A DNA stretch of 64,000 bases from an uncultured Actinomycetota bacterium (GCA_964423265.1 CAYREF010000001.1:4548-68547); one strand, 5' to 3'; shown: positions 1 to 9,331, counted from the first letter of the stretch. The notes: generated from the letters alone by a model not told the origin. Numbers and translations are program-made.

Positions 1-54
1 TTTACTTTCCTAAATATGGCTAATATAATATTTATTTTAACCTATGAAAAGAAG

Positions 55-741
55 ATGGACAGCAAAAAAACCAAGGCCCTTTTTGGTCTTATATCAAAAA
101 AATATGATCCTACAAACTTAACTATAAGCCTTGGACTAGAATTTTATTGGCGCAAAAAGTTTAGAGAGTTTATAGATTGTGGGGATAGAAAAATACTGGA
201 TGCATGTTGTGGAACCGGAAATTCAACTTTTAATGTATGGCAGGGTAATAAATATTGCAAGGTTTACGGGATAGATTTTTCAAAAGAAATGCTGGCAATT
301 GCCAGGGACAAGTATAAGAAATTTGGCAGAAATCTCTTATTCCAGTATGCAGATGCAACTGAACTTGGATTTGTTGATGATTATTTTGATGCAGTAACTG
401 TAGTTTTTGGTATTAGGAACATTACTGATAGAAAGAAAGCTTTAGGAGAGTTTTACAGGGTTACCAAGCCCGGTGGCAAAATAGTTTGCATGGAGTTTGG
501 AGTGCCGGAAAATAAGAGGATTTGCCTTTTTTATAATTTTTACCTGAATTTTATGTTGGTAAATTTAGGGGGATTGATCACTGGGAAAAGGAGTGCATAT
601 AGTTATCTTGCAGAAAGTATAAGGAGTTTTCCCGCTCCCGAAAAATTTATAGGCCTGATGTCCGAATCGGGATGGAAAAATGTTAGTGTTTTGAAGTTGA
701 ATTTTGGCATCTGTAATATTTATGTAGGCTACAAAAGATGA
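55..741 (+). CDS. menG: Demethylmenaquinone/ubiquinone C-methyltransferase (UbiE/MenG family, SAM-dependent)
   Basis: SAM motif ILDACCGTGN and UbiE-like N-terminus (KALFGLISKKYDPTNL) in the ORF at 16..741. The ATG at 55 aligns better with family N-termini; the ORF-track start is 16. Confidence 0.75.
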   Translation: MDSKKTKALFGLISKKYDPTNLTISLGLEFYWRKKFREFIDCGDRKILDACCGTGNSTFNVWQGNKYCKVYGIDFSKEMLAIARDKYKKFGRNLLFQYADATELGFVDDYFDAVTVVFGIRNITDRKKALGEFYRVTKPGGKIVCMEFGVPENKRICLFYNFYLNFMLVNLGGLITGKRSAYSYLAESIRSFPAPEKFIGLMSESGWKNVSVLKLNFGICNIYVGYKR

Positions 742-1649
742 AAAAATTTCTCTATGGCTACTCCTATGCAAATGAGGATACCAAAAGCCAGGGTTAACAT
801 AATAGTGTTAGCCTGGGCAGGAAGCATCTTTTTCTCATCATTGCAGTGCTTGTAAGTTATAATGGTAGCTTTTACAGCAATAGGGGTGCTCAATAGGGTT
901 ACCAGCAAAAACGGCGATATTAACTTAAGCAGCCCCGGAATAATTATGGCAAGGTAGGTTGCTGCTATTAACATAAAATACAGATGCCTTGACCCCTTCC
1001 TTCCCAGTATTACCACCAGTTGCTTTTTGCCGGCTTTTTTGTCTGCTCCATAATCCGGAAATTCATTTATAAATAATATATTTGCAGTGCTTATGCCATA
1101 AGGGAGGGATAAAAGCAGGGCTTCCAAGCTAAAGCTTTGGGTAAAAAGGTAGTAAGTTCCGCAAACAGAGAGGGGTCCCACCAGTAAAAAAACCATTATT
1201 TCCCCTATACCCCTGTATACAAATTTAAAAGGAGGTGCAGTATAAAAATATCCCAGGACAATTCCTCCTAGCCCAAACCAGAGAAGATTTATATCCACCT
1301 TTATGACAAAAAACAGCCCTATGGCAATAGCTACAAGAAAACAAGTTATGGCTCCTGCGAGCACTTTCCTATGTTTTATTAAGTCCTCCTGTATTACTCT
1401 GCTGCCTCCAGATAAGGGTGTATAATATCTATTTATGTTATCAGTTTTTAAATCAAAGTAGTCATTTGTCAGATTAATCCCTCCATTTGTTGCGGCAATA
1501 ATTGCCATTGAAGAGATAAGGTAAAGCCAGCTGAAGTGTCCGTCTTTGTAAGCTATAAGCGATGCTATAACTGCAGACATTACAGTTGCAGAGAAAAAAG
1601 GCGCCCTTAAGGCTTTTACCCATAAAAGGATTTTTTGGCTTAATTTCAT
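729..1649 (-). CDS. menA: 1,4-dihydroxy-2-naphthoate polyprenyltransferase (UbiA superfamily)
   Basis: 306 aa, multiple TM segments, UbiA-type motif NDYFDLKTD. Convergent with menG and overlaps it by 13 nt. Confidence 0.75.
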   Translation of the reverse strand: MKLSQKILLWVKALRAPFFSATVMSAVIASLIAYKDGHFSWLYLISSMAIIAATNGGINLTNDYFDLKTDNINRYYTPLSGGSRVIQEDLIKHRKVLAGAITCFLVAIAIGLFFVIKVDINLLWFGLGGIVLGYFYTAPPFKFVYRGIGEIMVFLLVGPLSVCGTYYLFTQSFSLEALLLSLPYGISTANILFINEFPDYGADKKAGKKQLVVILGRKGSRHLYFMLIAATYLAIIIPGLLKLISPFLLVTLLSTPIAVKATIITYKHCNDEKKMLPAQANTIMLTLAFGILICIGVAIEKFFHLL

Positions 1650-1690
1650 AATTAAGAATAATAATATAAAAACTAAAAAAGTTTAAGCTT

Positions 1691-1930
1691 TTATGCAGTG
1701 TCTCCTAAAATCCTACTTACATACTCTTTGTTTGTGCTTTTGTCTTTTTCGATAACATTTTTTGCCCCACAGAACTTGCAAATTATATAAGGTGTTCCGT
1801 CACTGGCAAGCCTTATCCTGTTTCTGTCTTCTTCAACCGGGACAAAAAGGTTCTCTTTTAATTTATAATTTGCCAACAATTTATTGCATTTCAGGCAGTT
1901 TAGCATGTATTTATTAATGTTCTCTTCCAT
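1691..1930 (-). CDS. Small zinc-ribbon protein (two CxxC pairs), hypothetical
   Basis: 79 aa carrying CLKC....CKFC. Confidence 0.4.
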   Translation of the reverse strand: MEENINKYMLNCLKCNKLLANYKLKENLFVPVEEDRNRIRLASDGTPYIICKFCGAKNVIEKDKSTNKEYVSRILGDTA

Positions 1931-2032
1931 TTCTATCCCCCCTTATCTATTATTATATTTGTATGATTGAGTTTATAAACCTATATTTGGACAGAAAAGA
2001 ATATTTCTGGGTTTTAACGTAAATAGAAAATG

Positions 2033-2200
2033 CTAGTGGGGCTTTCTGCTTTTCTTATTTTTATCTTTTTTGTGCAGGATTTTTTGAATTTTTTCTGATA
2101 TCTCATCCAGGGTTGCCCCGCAATATGCACAAACAATAAAACCTTTTCCAATTTTTTCGCCGTTTTTGGGGTGGATAAGATTTTTTTCTCTTTTATTCAT
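2033..2200 (-). CDS. Small CxxC protein, hypothetical (taken from internal Met; ORF-track 2033..2272 overlaps its neighbour)
   Basis: The MNKREK... start at 2200 abuts the stop of the 2203..2457 gene. Single CAYC motif. Confidence 0.25.
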   Translation of the reverse strand: MNKREKNLIHPKNGEKIGKGFIVCAYCGATLDEISEKIQKILHKKDKNKKSRKPH

Positions 2201-2202
2201 CT

Positions 2203-2457
2203 CTATCTGAAAAATAATAAAAATACAGCAACAATGATCCCAATAACAATGAAAATGGAAATTGAAAGCCAAATCCTGAATTTTTTATTGTGATAGGGTA
2301 TATTATCCCTATGCGGGTATCCGGCTTTAGGTAATCTTTCTCTGGGAACATCTTCTATTTTTGCCTCACAATATGGACAGTTGTCAACATTGTATTTTAT
2401 TCTTCTTGAGCAGTTGGGGCAATATATTTCTTCTTCTCTTTCCATTTTTTCCACCAC
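2203..2457 (-). CDS. Zinc-ribbon protein with C-terminal TM helix, hypothetical
   Basis: CPNC...CPYC followed by the hydrophobic stretch IWLSISIFIVIGIIVAVFLLFF. Confidence 0.4.
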   Translation of the reverse strand: MVEKMEREEEIYCPNCSRRIKYNVDNCPYCEAKIEDVPRERLPKAGYPHRDNIPYHNKKFRIWLSISIFIVIGIIVAVFLLFFR

Positions 2458-2513
2458 ATTAATCTTATATTAATACCCCTGTTTTTAAAATAGGGAAAAA
2501 ATTAAAAATTTTT

Positions 2514-3038
2514 TTATACTGGTTTTATACTGTAATATTTTCCCATGCAGTAGGTTAGGGTATCTATCTTTTCGTAATCAATGTCTCCGTCCTCATATAC
2601 CAGATCCGGGTTGCTACTTACCCCCAGTACCTCTCCTATAAAGAGGTCGTGGGTTCCCAGGCTAATTATATCCTTGACCCTGCATTCAATATTAATGGGG
2701 CATTCTGCTATTAACGGAGTAATGGTGTGGCTGGGTTTGGCTTTGGAAAGATTTAATTCTTTGAATTTATCAATGTCTTTTCCTGATTTTGTTCCACAAT
2801 ACTGGCAGATGTCTGCCTGGTTTTTGTCCGGGATATTTATAACAAATTCTGATGATTTTTTTATTAATGCATGGGAGTGCCGGGAAGGCCTGATGGAAAT
2901 AGATATAAGAGGCGGGCTGCTGCACACAGTTCCGGCCCATGCTAGAGTTATTATATTATCTTCACCCTGATAAGAAGAAGTTACCAGGATCACCGGGTTG
3001 GGGTAAAGCCTCTCATGGATTCCAATTTGTTTTTTCAT
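2514..3038 (-). CDS. Flavin reductase-like domain protein (flavoredoxin family)
   Basis: 174 aa. NIITLAWAGTVCSSPPLISISIRPSRHS and EFVINIP are typical of the FMN-binding split-barrel flavin reductase family. Confidence 0.7.
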   Translation of the reverse strand: MKKQIGIHERLYPNPVILVTSSYQGEDNIITLAWAGTVCSSPPLISISIRPSRHSHALIKKSSEFVINIPDKNQADICQYCGTKSGKDIDKFKELNLSKAKPSHTITPLIAECPINIECRVKDIISLGTHDLFIGEVLGVSSNPDLVYEDGDIDYEKIDTLTYCMGKYYSIKPV

Positions 3039-3314
3039 TTCGTTCCTCCTCGAAAGATAAACAGATGGTTACTATTAACTACAGAAAGTTGAAATTTTTC
3101 TAATTCTGTAGTTTATATCCTAAGGCATTTTTTATTTTAGAACAATGGCGTAAAAATTTTGGAAAGTATTTTAGATAAAATCAATTGGTAAAACCCATAT
3201 TTTATGCTTATTATTTTTATTAGTAAGATTATTAATACAAGTAGGATTTGTTTATAAAATATGCTATATTGTAAATAGCTTAAATAGTGTAAAAATTATC
3301 GGAGCAATTAATAT

Positions 3315-3545
3315 ATGAAATGTTTAAAAGTGTCAAGCAAGGGTCAGATAGTTCTCCCTGCGAAAATCCGAAAGCAGTTGAATATCGGCAAAGGTTCCAG
3401 GTTTAAAATTGAAGTCCAGGGTTCAAAAATTATTCTTACCCCTATCAATAGGGAATTTTTTGAAAAAGTTGCTGGCAGCTTTTCTACAAATGGCAAATTA
3501 CTTAAGACCCTGATTGCTGAAAGAAAAAAGGAGAAATATCTGTGA
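3315..3545 (+). CDS. vapB: AbrB/MazE (SpoVT-AbrB) type antitoxin
   Basis: 76 aa. N-terminal swapped-hairpin motif VSSKGQIVLPAKIRKQLNI. Overlaps the downstream PIN gene by 4 nt. Confidence 0.7.
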   Translation: MKCLKVSSKGQIVLPAKIRKQLNIGKGSRFKIEVQGSKIILTPINREFFEKVAGSFSTNGKLLKTLIAERKKEKYL

Positions 3546-3940
3546 GGAAATATGTTCTGGATTCCTATGCACTTATAACTTACATCGAAAAAGATAAAGG
3601 ATATATAAAAGTAATTGACCTTCTTGAAGAAACTGCCCTTCAAGGCACAGAGCTGTTAATGAATATTGTAAATTGGGGTGAGGTTTACTATATAATTCTA
3701 AGGGAACAGGGTCATGATATAGCTGATGAATTTGAAAATAATTTTATGAGCTTCCCGGTAAAAATAATATATTCAGATCTAAAATTAATAAGGAAAGCTT
3801 GCTACTACAAAGCTTTTAATGAATTAGCTTTTGCAGATTGCATTGCTGCTGCTACTTCCTATATCTATGATGCGCCCCTTATTACTAAAGATAAGGAATT
3901 AAAGCAGCTAGAGCAAGAAATAACTATTGAATGGCTGTAG
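3542..3940 (+). CDS. vapC: PIN-domain ribonuclease toxin
   Basis: 132 aa, GTG start. Conserved acidic positions present: D7, E (WGEVYY region), D (FADC), D (TKDKE). Confidence 0.7.
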   Translation: MRKYVLDSYALITYIEKDKGYIKVIDLLEETALQGTELLMNIVNWGEVYYIILREQGHDIADEFENNFMSFPVKIIYSDLKLIRKACYYKAFNELAFADCIAAATSYIYDAPLITKDKELKQLEQEITIEWL

Positions 3941-4099
3941 GAAAAAACACCCATAAAAGTAAAGGTTGGTTGATCTGGTACGGGACTGAAATAAGTTATG
4001 GTTTGCCTGTTGCAATTTTAGGGCAATAAATTTTAAATAATATCCACCAATAAAAGAAAGTCACACCGCCTTTTATAATACTGTTCCAGCAGGAGGAAT

Positions 4100-4128
4100 T
4101 TGACAGAGTTTTTTAACTTGTATAAAAT
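4100..4128 (+). promoter_or_regulatory. Sigma-70-like promoter upstream of tRNA-Met/tuf
   Basis: TTGACA at 4100..4105, followed by tgTATAAAAT with candidate -10 TAAAAT at about 17 nt spacing. Confidence 0.4.
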
Positions 4129-4184
4129 TTATGTTTGCTTTAAAAATAAATAATATTTATTATAATTCAGTATTAAATTTTTGA

Positions 4185-4260
4185 GGCGGTGTAGCTCAGG
4201 GGTTAGAGCACACGGTTCATACCCGTGGGGCCATTGGTTCGAATCCAATCACCGCTACCA
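4185..4260 (+). tRNA. tRNA-Met (CAU), elongator type
   Basis: Manual cloverleaf: acceptor GGCGGTG/CACCGCT, D-stem GCTC/GAGC, anticodon stem CACGG/CCGTG, loop TTCATAC (anticodon CAT), T-arm ATTGG-TTCGAAT-CCAAT, encoded CCA. Lacks initiator signatures. Confidence 0.8.
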
Positions 4261-4301
4261 AAATTTTAAGAATTATTCCAAGACGGAAAGGATTTATAAA
4301 A

Positions 4302-5507
4302 ATGGCTAAAGAAAAATTTGAAAGAACAAAACCGCACATAAATATAGGTACCATAGGCCATGTGGACCATGGCAAAACTACCCTTACAGCCGCTATGACC
4401 TTATGCCTTAAGGCTTCAGGGAAAAAGGTGAATGTAAGAACCTTTGACTCTATTGACAATGCCCCAGAGGAAAAGGAAAGAGGAATAACCATAGCTATTG
4501 CCCATGTAGAGTATGAAACAGAGAAAAGGCACTATGCCCACGTGGACTGCCCCGGACATGCAGACTACGTTAAAAACATGATTACAGGAGCAGCCCAGAT
4601 GGACGGGGCAATACTGGTGGTAAGTGCAGCAGACGGCCCCATGCCCCAGACCAGGGAGCATATACTTCTGGCAAGGCAGGTAGGGGTGCCCTACATTGTA
4701 GTATTCCTAAACAAAACTGATATGGTAGATGATCCTGAGCTAATAGAACTAGTGGAAATGGAGGTACGAGACCTTCTAACAGAGTATGAGTTTCCAGGAG
4801 ATGAGATACCGGTAATAAAAGGCTCTGCCCTAAAGGCAGGCCAGTGCGGCTGCGGCAAAGAAGACTGTGAGCACTGCGGCCCTATAATAGAGCTGGTAGA
4901 TGCAGTAGATGATTATATAAAGACACCAGAAAGGGATGTAGATAAACCCTTCCTTATGCCCATTGAAGATATCTTTACCATAACCGGTAGGGGTACAGTA
5001 GTAACAGGAAGAGTACAGAGAGGAAAAATTACCATCCAGGAGCCGGTAGAGATAGTGGGTATACACCCAGAGATAAAGCAGACCGTAATAACTGGAATAG
5101 AGATGTTTAGAAAGCTACTAGATGAAGCCCAGGCAGGAGATAATGTAGGGCTTCTACTTAGAGGGGTACAAAAAGATGAAGTGGAAAGGGGTCAGGTAGT
5201 AGCAAAGCCGGGCTCCATTACTCCTCACTCTCACTTCAAGGCGCAGGTTTATGTGCTATCCAAAGAGGAAGGCGGACGCCATACTCCTTTCTTTAATGGC
5301 TACAGACCCCAGTTTTACTTCAGGACCACAGATGTTACCGGATCCATAACCCTGCCCGAAGGGGTAGAGATGGTTATGCCGGGGGACAATACAGAGATGG
5401 AAGTAAAGCTTATAGCTCCTATTGCCATGGAAGAGGGCTTAAGATTTGCCATCCGTGAAGGCGGCAGGACTATTGGCGCCGGCAGTATTACAAAGATAAT
5501 AGAGTAA
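4302..5507 (+). CDS. tuf: Elongation factor Tu (copy 1)
   Basis: 401 aa. [17 protein letters not shown] motifs. Identical at protein level to the copy at 20036..21241. Confidence 0.97.
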   Translation: MAKEKFERTKPHINIGTIGHVDHGKTTLTAAMTLCLKASGKKVNVRTFDSIDNAPEEKERGITIAIAHVEYETEKRHYAHVDCPGHADYVKNMITGAAQMDGAILVVSAADGPMPQTREHILLARQVGVPYIVVFLNKTDMVDDPELIELVEMEVRDLLTEYEFPGDEIPVIKGSALKAGQCGCGKEDCEHCGPIIELVDAVDDYIKTPERDVDKPFLMPIEDIFTITGRGTVVTGRVQRGKITIQEPVEIVGIHPEIKQTVITGIEMFRKLLDEAQAGDNVGLLLRGVQKDEVERGQVVAKPGSITPHSHFKAQVYVLSKEEGGRHTPFFNGYRPQFYFRTTDVTGSITLPEGVEMVMPGDNTEMEVKLIAPIAMEEGLRFAIREGGRTIGAGSITKIIE

Positions 5508-5583
5508 ATAATTTATTGACAATTTAATAATATAGTGGTAGGTTAGTTGACTGCGCTTTAAGTAAGAAATCAAGGTGGTTTAA

Positions 5584-5733
5584 GTGAGGCAAATAATTAC
5601 ATTGGGATGCACAGAGTGTAAAAGAAGAAATTACACTAGCTTTAAGAATAAGAAAAACGACCCGGATAGGATAGAGATAAAAAAATATTGTAAATGGTGC
5701 AAGAAGCACACGGTCCATAAGGAGACCAGATAG
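5584..5733 (+). CDS. rpmG: 50S ribosomal protein L33 (zinc-ribbon C+ form)
   Basis: Not in ORF track (49 aa). GTG start with SD AAGGTGG upstream. Translation [49 protein letters not shown] aligns with L33. Confidence 0.85.
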   Translation: MRQIITLGCTECKRRNYTSFKNKKNDPDRIEIKKYCKWCKKHTVHKETR

Positions 5734-5808
5734 GGCTGTAGCTCCAATTGGTAGAGCACCGGTCTCCAAAACCGGGTGTTGGGGGTTCGAGTCCCTCCAG
5801 CCCTGCCA
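5732..5808 (+). tRNA. tRNA-Trp (CCA)
   Basis: Manual cloverleaf: acceptor AGGGCTG/CAGCCCT, anticodon stem CCGGT/ACCGG, loop CTCCAAA (anticodon CCA), T-loop TTCGAGT, encoded CCA. 5' end overlaps the rpmG stop codon. Confidence 0.8.
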
Positions 5809-5840
5809 GGGAATATTGTTAATTAACTATATAGGGAATA

Positions 5841-6155
5841 ATGGCAAAAAGAAAAGTATCAAGAAAATATAAGCCGAAGAAAATGATGGAGAAGGCAATG
5901 AAGGAGCGGAAAGCTCCCAAGGCGCCTCCCAAGAAAAAAATTGACTGGAAGCAGTTTATAAAAAACATTCCGGGTAAAGTGGTTAAGTTTATAAGGGATG
6001 TAATAAGGGAACTTAAAAAAGTTTCATGGCCTTCCAGGAAAACATTACTTACTTATACAGTTGTGGTTATAGTTACTATAATTTTCTTCTCAGCTTTGCT
6101 GGGGTTATTTGACTTTGTATTCCTCCAGATAGTTGAGGCACTGATAAATGTTTAA
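5841..6155 (+). CDS. secE: Preprotein translocase subunit SecE (with Lys-rich N-terminal extension)
   Basis: 104 aa. C-terminal TM helix plus conserved tail. Conserved position upstream of nusG. Confidence 0.85.
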   Translation: MAKRKVSRKYKPKKMMEKAMKERKAPKAPPKKKIDWKQFIKNIPGKVVKFIRDVIRELKKVSWPSRKTLLTYTVVVIVTIIFFSALLGLFDFVFLQIVEALINV

Positions 6156-6171
6156 ACATTGGTGGTAATAA

Positions 6172-6696
6172 ATGAGACCAAGATGGTATGTTATAAACTC
6201 ATACGCGGGTTATGAAAAAAAAATAAAGGTAAACCTGGAGCACAGGGTAGAGTCCATGAATATGCAGGACAGGATATTTGACATATATATACCCCAGGAA
6301 GATGTTATGGAAATCCAGAAGGGTAAAAAGCAAGTATCCACCAAGAGGGTGTTTCCCGGCTATCTGCTGGTTAAGATGTACCTGGATGATGATTCCTGGT
6401 ATGTAGTTAGGAACACTCCTGGAGTTACCGGGTTTGTGGGGACTGAAAACAAGCCCACCCCGTTAAGCGACAGTGAAGTCAACAGGATTATGAAAAGAGA
6501 AGTTTCAGAAAAGCCTAAGCCTAAAACTGATTTTGAGGTAGGCCAGCCTGTGAAAGTAACTTCAGGACCTTTTAGCAATTTTGACGGGACCATAAGTGAA
6601 TTAAATTTAGATCAGGGTAAGTTAAAAGTTCTGGTGTCAATTTTTGGCAGGCAGACCCCGGTGGAATTAGATTTTGACCAGGTATCGAAAATATAA
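6172..6696 (+). CDS. nusG: Transcription termination/antitermination factor NusG
   Basis: NGN domain ([15 protein letters not shown]) and KOW motif ([18 protein letters not shown]). Confidence 0.95.
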   Translation: MRPRWYVINSYAGYEKKIKVNLEHRVESMNMQDRIFDIYIPQEDVMEIQKGKKQVSTKRVFPGYLLVKMYLDDDSWYVVRNTPGVTGFVGTENKPTPLSDSEVNRIMKREVSEKPKPKTDFEVGQPVKVTSGPFSNFDGTISELNLDQGKLKVLVSIFGRQTPVELDFDQVSKI

Positions 6697-6760
6697 AAAT
6701 ATTTGTAATATGTTTTTTAATGTGTATAATTACAAATTTGTATGTTAAATTGAGGTAAAA

Positions 6761-7186
6761 ATGGCAAAAAAAGTTAAAGCACAAGTAAAATTACAAATAC
6801 CGGCAGGTCAGGCTAATCCTGCTCCTCCAGTAGGCCCTGCTTTAGGACAGCACGGCGTTAACATAATGGAGTTTTGCAAGGCATTTAATGAAAAAACAGC
6901 TAAGGATCAGGGAACTATAATCCCGGTAATACTTACTGTTTACAATGACAGGAGTTTTAGTTTTATTACAAAAACCCCTCCTGCTTCTGTCCTTATAAAA
7001 GAAGCTATAAATCTGGAAAAGGGCTCAGGAGAGCCTAACAAGGAAAAAGTTGGCGAAATAAACAGGCAACAACTTGAAGAGATAGCTAAAGTTAAATTAA
7101 AAGACTTAAACGCAAGGACGCTGGAGAGTGCTGTGAAGGTTATAGAGGGGACAGCTAAAAGCATGGGTGTAAATGTAGTTAAGTAA
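6761..7186 (+). CDS. rplK: 50S ribosomal protein L11
   Basis: 141 aa. [22 protein letters not shown]. Confidence 0.97.
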   Translation: MAKKVKAQVKLQIPAGQANPAPPVGPALGQHGVNIMEFCKAFNEKTAKDQGTIIPVILTVYNDRSFSFITKTPPASVLIKEAINLEKGSGEPNKEKVGEINRQQLEEIAKVKLKDLNARTLESAVKVIEGTAKSMGVNVVK

Positions 7187-7195
7187 AAAATAAAG

Positions 7196-7909
7196 GTGGT
7201 AAGGTTGAAGAGAGGAAAAAAATATAGTACGAAAGTTGAAAATTTAAATAAAAAGCCAAAAACTCCCAGGGAAGCAATTAAGTGGGTTGTAGAGAACCAC
7301 TATGCGAATTTTGACGAAACTGTAGACATATCCATTAACTTGGGGGTTAACCCAAGGAAGGCTGACCAAATAGTAAGGGGCACTATTGTATTGCCTAATG
7401 GTACAGGAAAGGTCCCTAAAGTTTTGGTTTTCGCCCAGGGTGAAAAAGCAGAAGAAGCAATTGATGCAGGGGCTGATTATGTAGGCGGAAAAGAGTTTAC
7501 AGAGAAGATAGAGAAAGGTTGGCTGGATTTTGATGTGTGTATAGCCACCCCTGACATGATGAAAGTGGTTGGCAAACTAGGAAGAATTTTAGGCCCAAGA
7601 AAACTTATGCCCAATCCGAAGTCAGGCACAGTAACATTTGATTTGGAAAAAGCAGTCAAGGACTCAAAGAGGGGCAAGCTTGAATACAGGACTGACAAGA
7701 ATGGTGTTGTCCATTGCGTGCTGGGAAAGGTGTCATTTGGGATTGAAAAGTTGCTCGAGAATTATCTAGCATTAATGGCCACATTAATGAAAGCAAAACC
7801 AGCTTCCGCAAAAGGAAGATATATAAAGGGGGTTTATGTGTCTGCAACCATGAGCCCTTCGGTCAAGATAGATTCAAACAAAGCTATGGAGGTAGAGCAA
7901 GTAGCATAG
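7196..7909 (+). CDS. rplA: 50S ribosomal protein L1
   Basis: 237 aa L1 family. The true start may be TTG at 7205 (MKRGKKY). Confidence 0.95.
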   Translation: MVRLKRGKKYSTKVENLNKKPKTPREAIKWVVENHYANFDETVDISINLGVNPRKADQIVRGTIVLPNGTGKVPKVLVFAQGEKAEEAIDAGADYVGGKEFTEKIEKGWLDFDVCIATPDMMKVVGKLGRILGPRKLMPNPKSGTVTFDLEKAVKDSKRGKLEYRTDKNGVVHCVLGKVSFGIEKLLENYLALMATLMKAKPASAKGRYIKGVYVSATMSPSVKIDSNKAMEVEQVA

Positions 7910-8053
7910 CTAAATTATAAACAAAAAGAGCCATAGAAAGTAGGGGTTACGGCAGTAACTTAATTTCCTACCGAGGTTGGTATTAAGGAAAAGTTATCGG
8001 CCTTCTTTGTGTGGGCCGATTTATTTTTGATTAATTATATATGGGAGTTTACG
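7910..8053 (+). promoter_or_regulatory. rplJ (L10) leader with nested stem-loops and a terminator-like hairpin
   Basis: GTTAC/GTAAC and GTAGG/CCTAC stems at about 7940..7975. GC hairpin TCGGCC(7997..8002)/GGCCGA(8014..8019) followed by TTTATTTTT. Position matches the known autoregulatory L10 leader. Confidence 0.45.
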
Positions 8054-8584
8054 GTGATTAAAGAAGATAAAAAAGAAAAAGTTGAAATTTTAAGAAAGAT
8101 ATTTGAAGAAAATACTGGAATAATTTTTACTGACCATACTGGTCTTACTGCAGAAGATTCTGTAATTATAAGGGATAAGCTGGCAGAGTCAGGGGGATCG
8201 TTAAGAATAATGAAAAACACCCTTGCGCTACTGGCGGCAAAGGATGTCTTTTCAGATATTGATTTAAAAGCAATTTTGTTAGGCCCCACAAGCATTGTTT
8301 TTAGCAAGGAAGATATAGTTTCCATTGCTAAAGAAATTGATAAATTTTCAGAGGAAAAAGAAACACTGGATATAAAAGCTGGGATACTGGAAAACAATTT
8401 TATTGGACAGGGTAAGGTTAAAAAACTGGCCAGTCTTCCAGACGAAGAAACACTTTTAACTAATTTAGCGGTTTCTATGAAGTCGCCTATTATAAAGCTA
8501 GTGTTGCTTCTAGGCGGGTTGCCGAGAAATTTAGTTATGGTTTTAAATGGAATAAAAGAAGAGAAAGAAAAAAATAAAAATTAG
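8054..8584 (+). CDS. rplJ: 50S ribosomal protein L10
   Basis: ORF track gives 8009..8584. The L10 family alignment starts at the in-frame GTG at 8054 ([15 protein letters not shown]), with SD GGGAG 6 nt upstream. Confidence 0.9.
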   Translation: MIKEDKKEKVEILRKIFEENTGIIFTDHTGLTAEDSVIIRDKLAESGGSLRIMKNTLALLAAKDVFSDIDLKAILLGPTSIVFSKEDIVSIAKEIDKFSEEKETLDIKAGILENNFIGQGKVKKLASLPDEETLLTNLAVSMKSPIIKLVLLLGGLPRNLVMVLNGIKEEKEKNKN

Positions 8585-8594
8585 GGAGGATAAG

Positions 8595-9119
8595 ATGGCA
8601 GAGAAAAAGAAAACTACCAGCAAGAAAAGTAAGGCAAAAGCTACTAAAGGAAAAGATACTAAAAAAACCAAAAATAAAAGCAAGAGCAAAAAGAAGGGAA
8701 AAGAAGAAGTGGCAAAAAAAGAAACAAAGTCTAAACAAACTAAGGGAAGTTCAAACATAGAAGATATTCTGGCAGCTATTGAAAAGATGAGCGTTTTGGA
8801 ATTATCTGAATTGGTTAGCGCATTGGAAGAAAAGTTTGGAGTGAGCGCTCAGGCTATGGCAGCTGCGCCAGCAGCTGGAGCAGCGGCAACAGAAAAAGAA
8901 GAAGAAAAAACCGAATTTGATGTACAGCTAAAATCTGCCGGTGCAAAGAAGATACAGGTAATAAAAGTTGTAAGGAGCGTTACAGATCTTGGGCTAAAGG
9001 AAGCAAAAGAACTGGTGGATAAAGCACCGAATGCAGTAAGGGAAAAAGTTTCTAAAGATGAAGCAGAAGAACTAAAGAAAAAGCTAGAAGAAGCTGGTGC
9101 TGAAGTAGAAATAATATAA
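8595..9119 (+). CDS. rplL: 50S ribosomal protein L7/L12 with about 50-aa Lys-rich N-terminal extension
   Basis: 174 aa. Residues about 53-174 align with the L12 NTD/hinge/CTD ([20 protein letters not shown] ... [19 protein letters not shown]). Strong SD GGAGGATAAG directly before the ATG at 8595. Confidence 0.9.
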   Translation: MAEKKKTTSKKSKAKATKGKDTKKTKNKSKSKKKGKEEVAKKETKSKQTKGSSNIEDILAAIEKMSVLELSELVSALEEKFGVSAQAMAAAPAAGAAATEKEEEKTEFDVQLKSAGAKKIQVIKVVRSVTDLGLKEAKELVDKAPNAVREKVSKDEAEELKKKLEEAGAEVEII

Positions 9120-9160
9120 ATAGCTGAGATACTAATTGCATAAGATAAATATATATTTTA

Positions 9161-9188
9161 TTGACAATATTACTTTGTTTGATACAAT
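9161..9188 (+). promoter_or_regulatory. Consensus sigma-70 promoter for rpoBC
   Basis: TTGACA (9161..9166), 16-nt spacer, TACAAT (9183..9188). About 140 nt 5' UTR before rpoB. Confidence 0.55.
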
Positions 9189-9331
9189 ACTAGTTTGTCA
9201 GTTTTTTTACAGACCGTTACTCTGCAATAATAAAAATAATAATGGTAGATAGAAGTTTTCTTATGCAAATTTATAAGTTAAACCCTAATTGCAGCTTTAA
9301 AATACTATTGATTAAAGGGGAGATTTAATTA

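Noticed and set aside
2581-2970. 129-aa + strand ORF inside the flavin reductase locus.
   Set aside because: Antisense to a well-supported flavin reductase gene. Low-complexity Ser/Leu-rich translation.
3941-4184. Sequence GTCACACCGCC resembling the complement of the tRNA-Met 5' end. Possible att-site remnant.
   Set aside because: Only about 9 nt of similarity. No integrase or direct repeat partner in the window.
4217-4661. Minus-strand ORFs overlapping tuf (4217..4492, 4416..4661). Same for the second copy (19873..20395) and for many antisense ORFs inside rpoB/rpoC/fusA/r-protein genes.
   Set aside because: Entirely antisense to highly conserved genes, with no RBS and no recognisable domains. 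These are GC-skewed coding-strand shadows.
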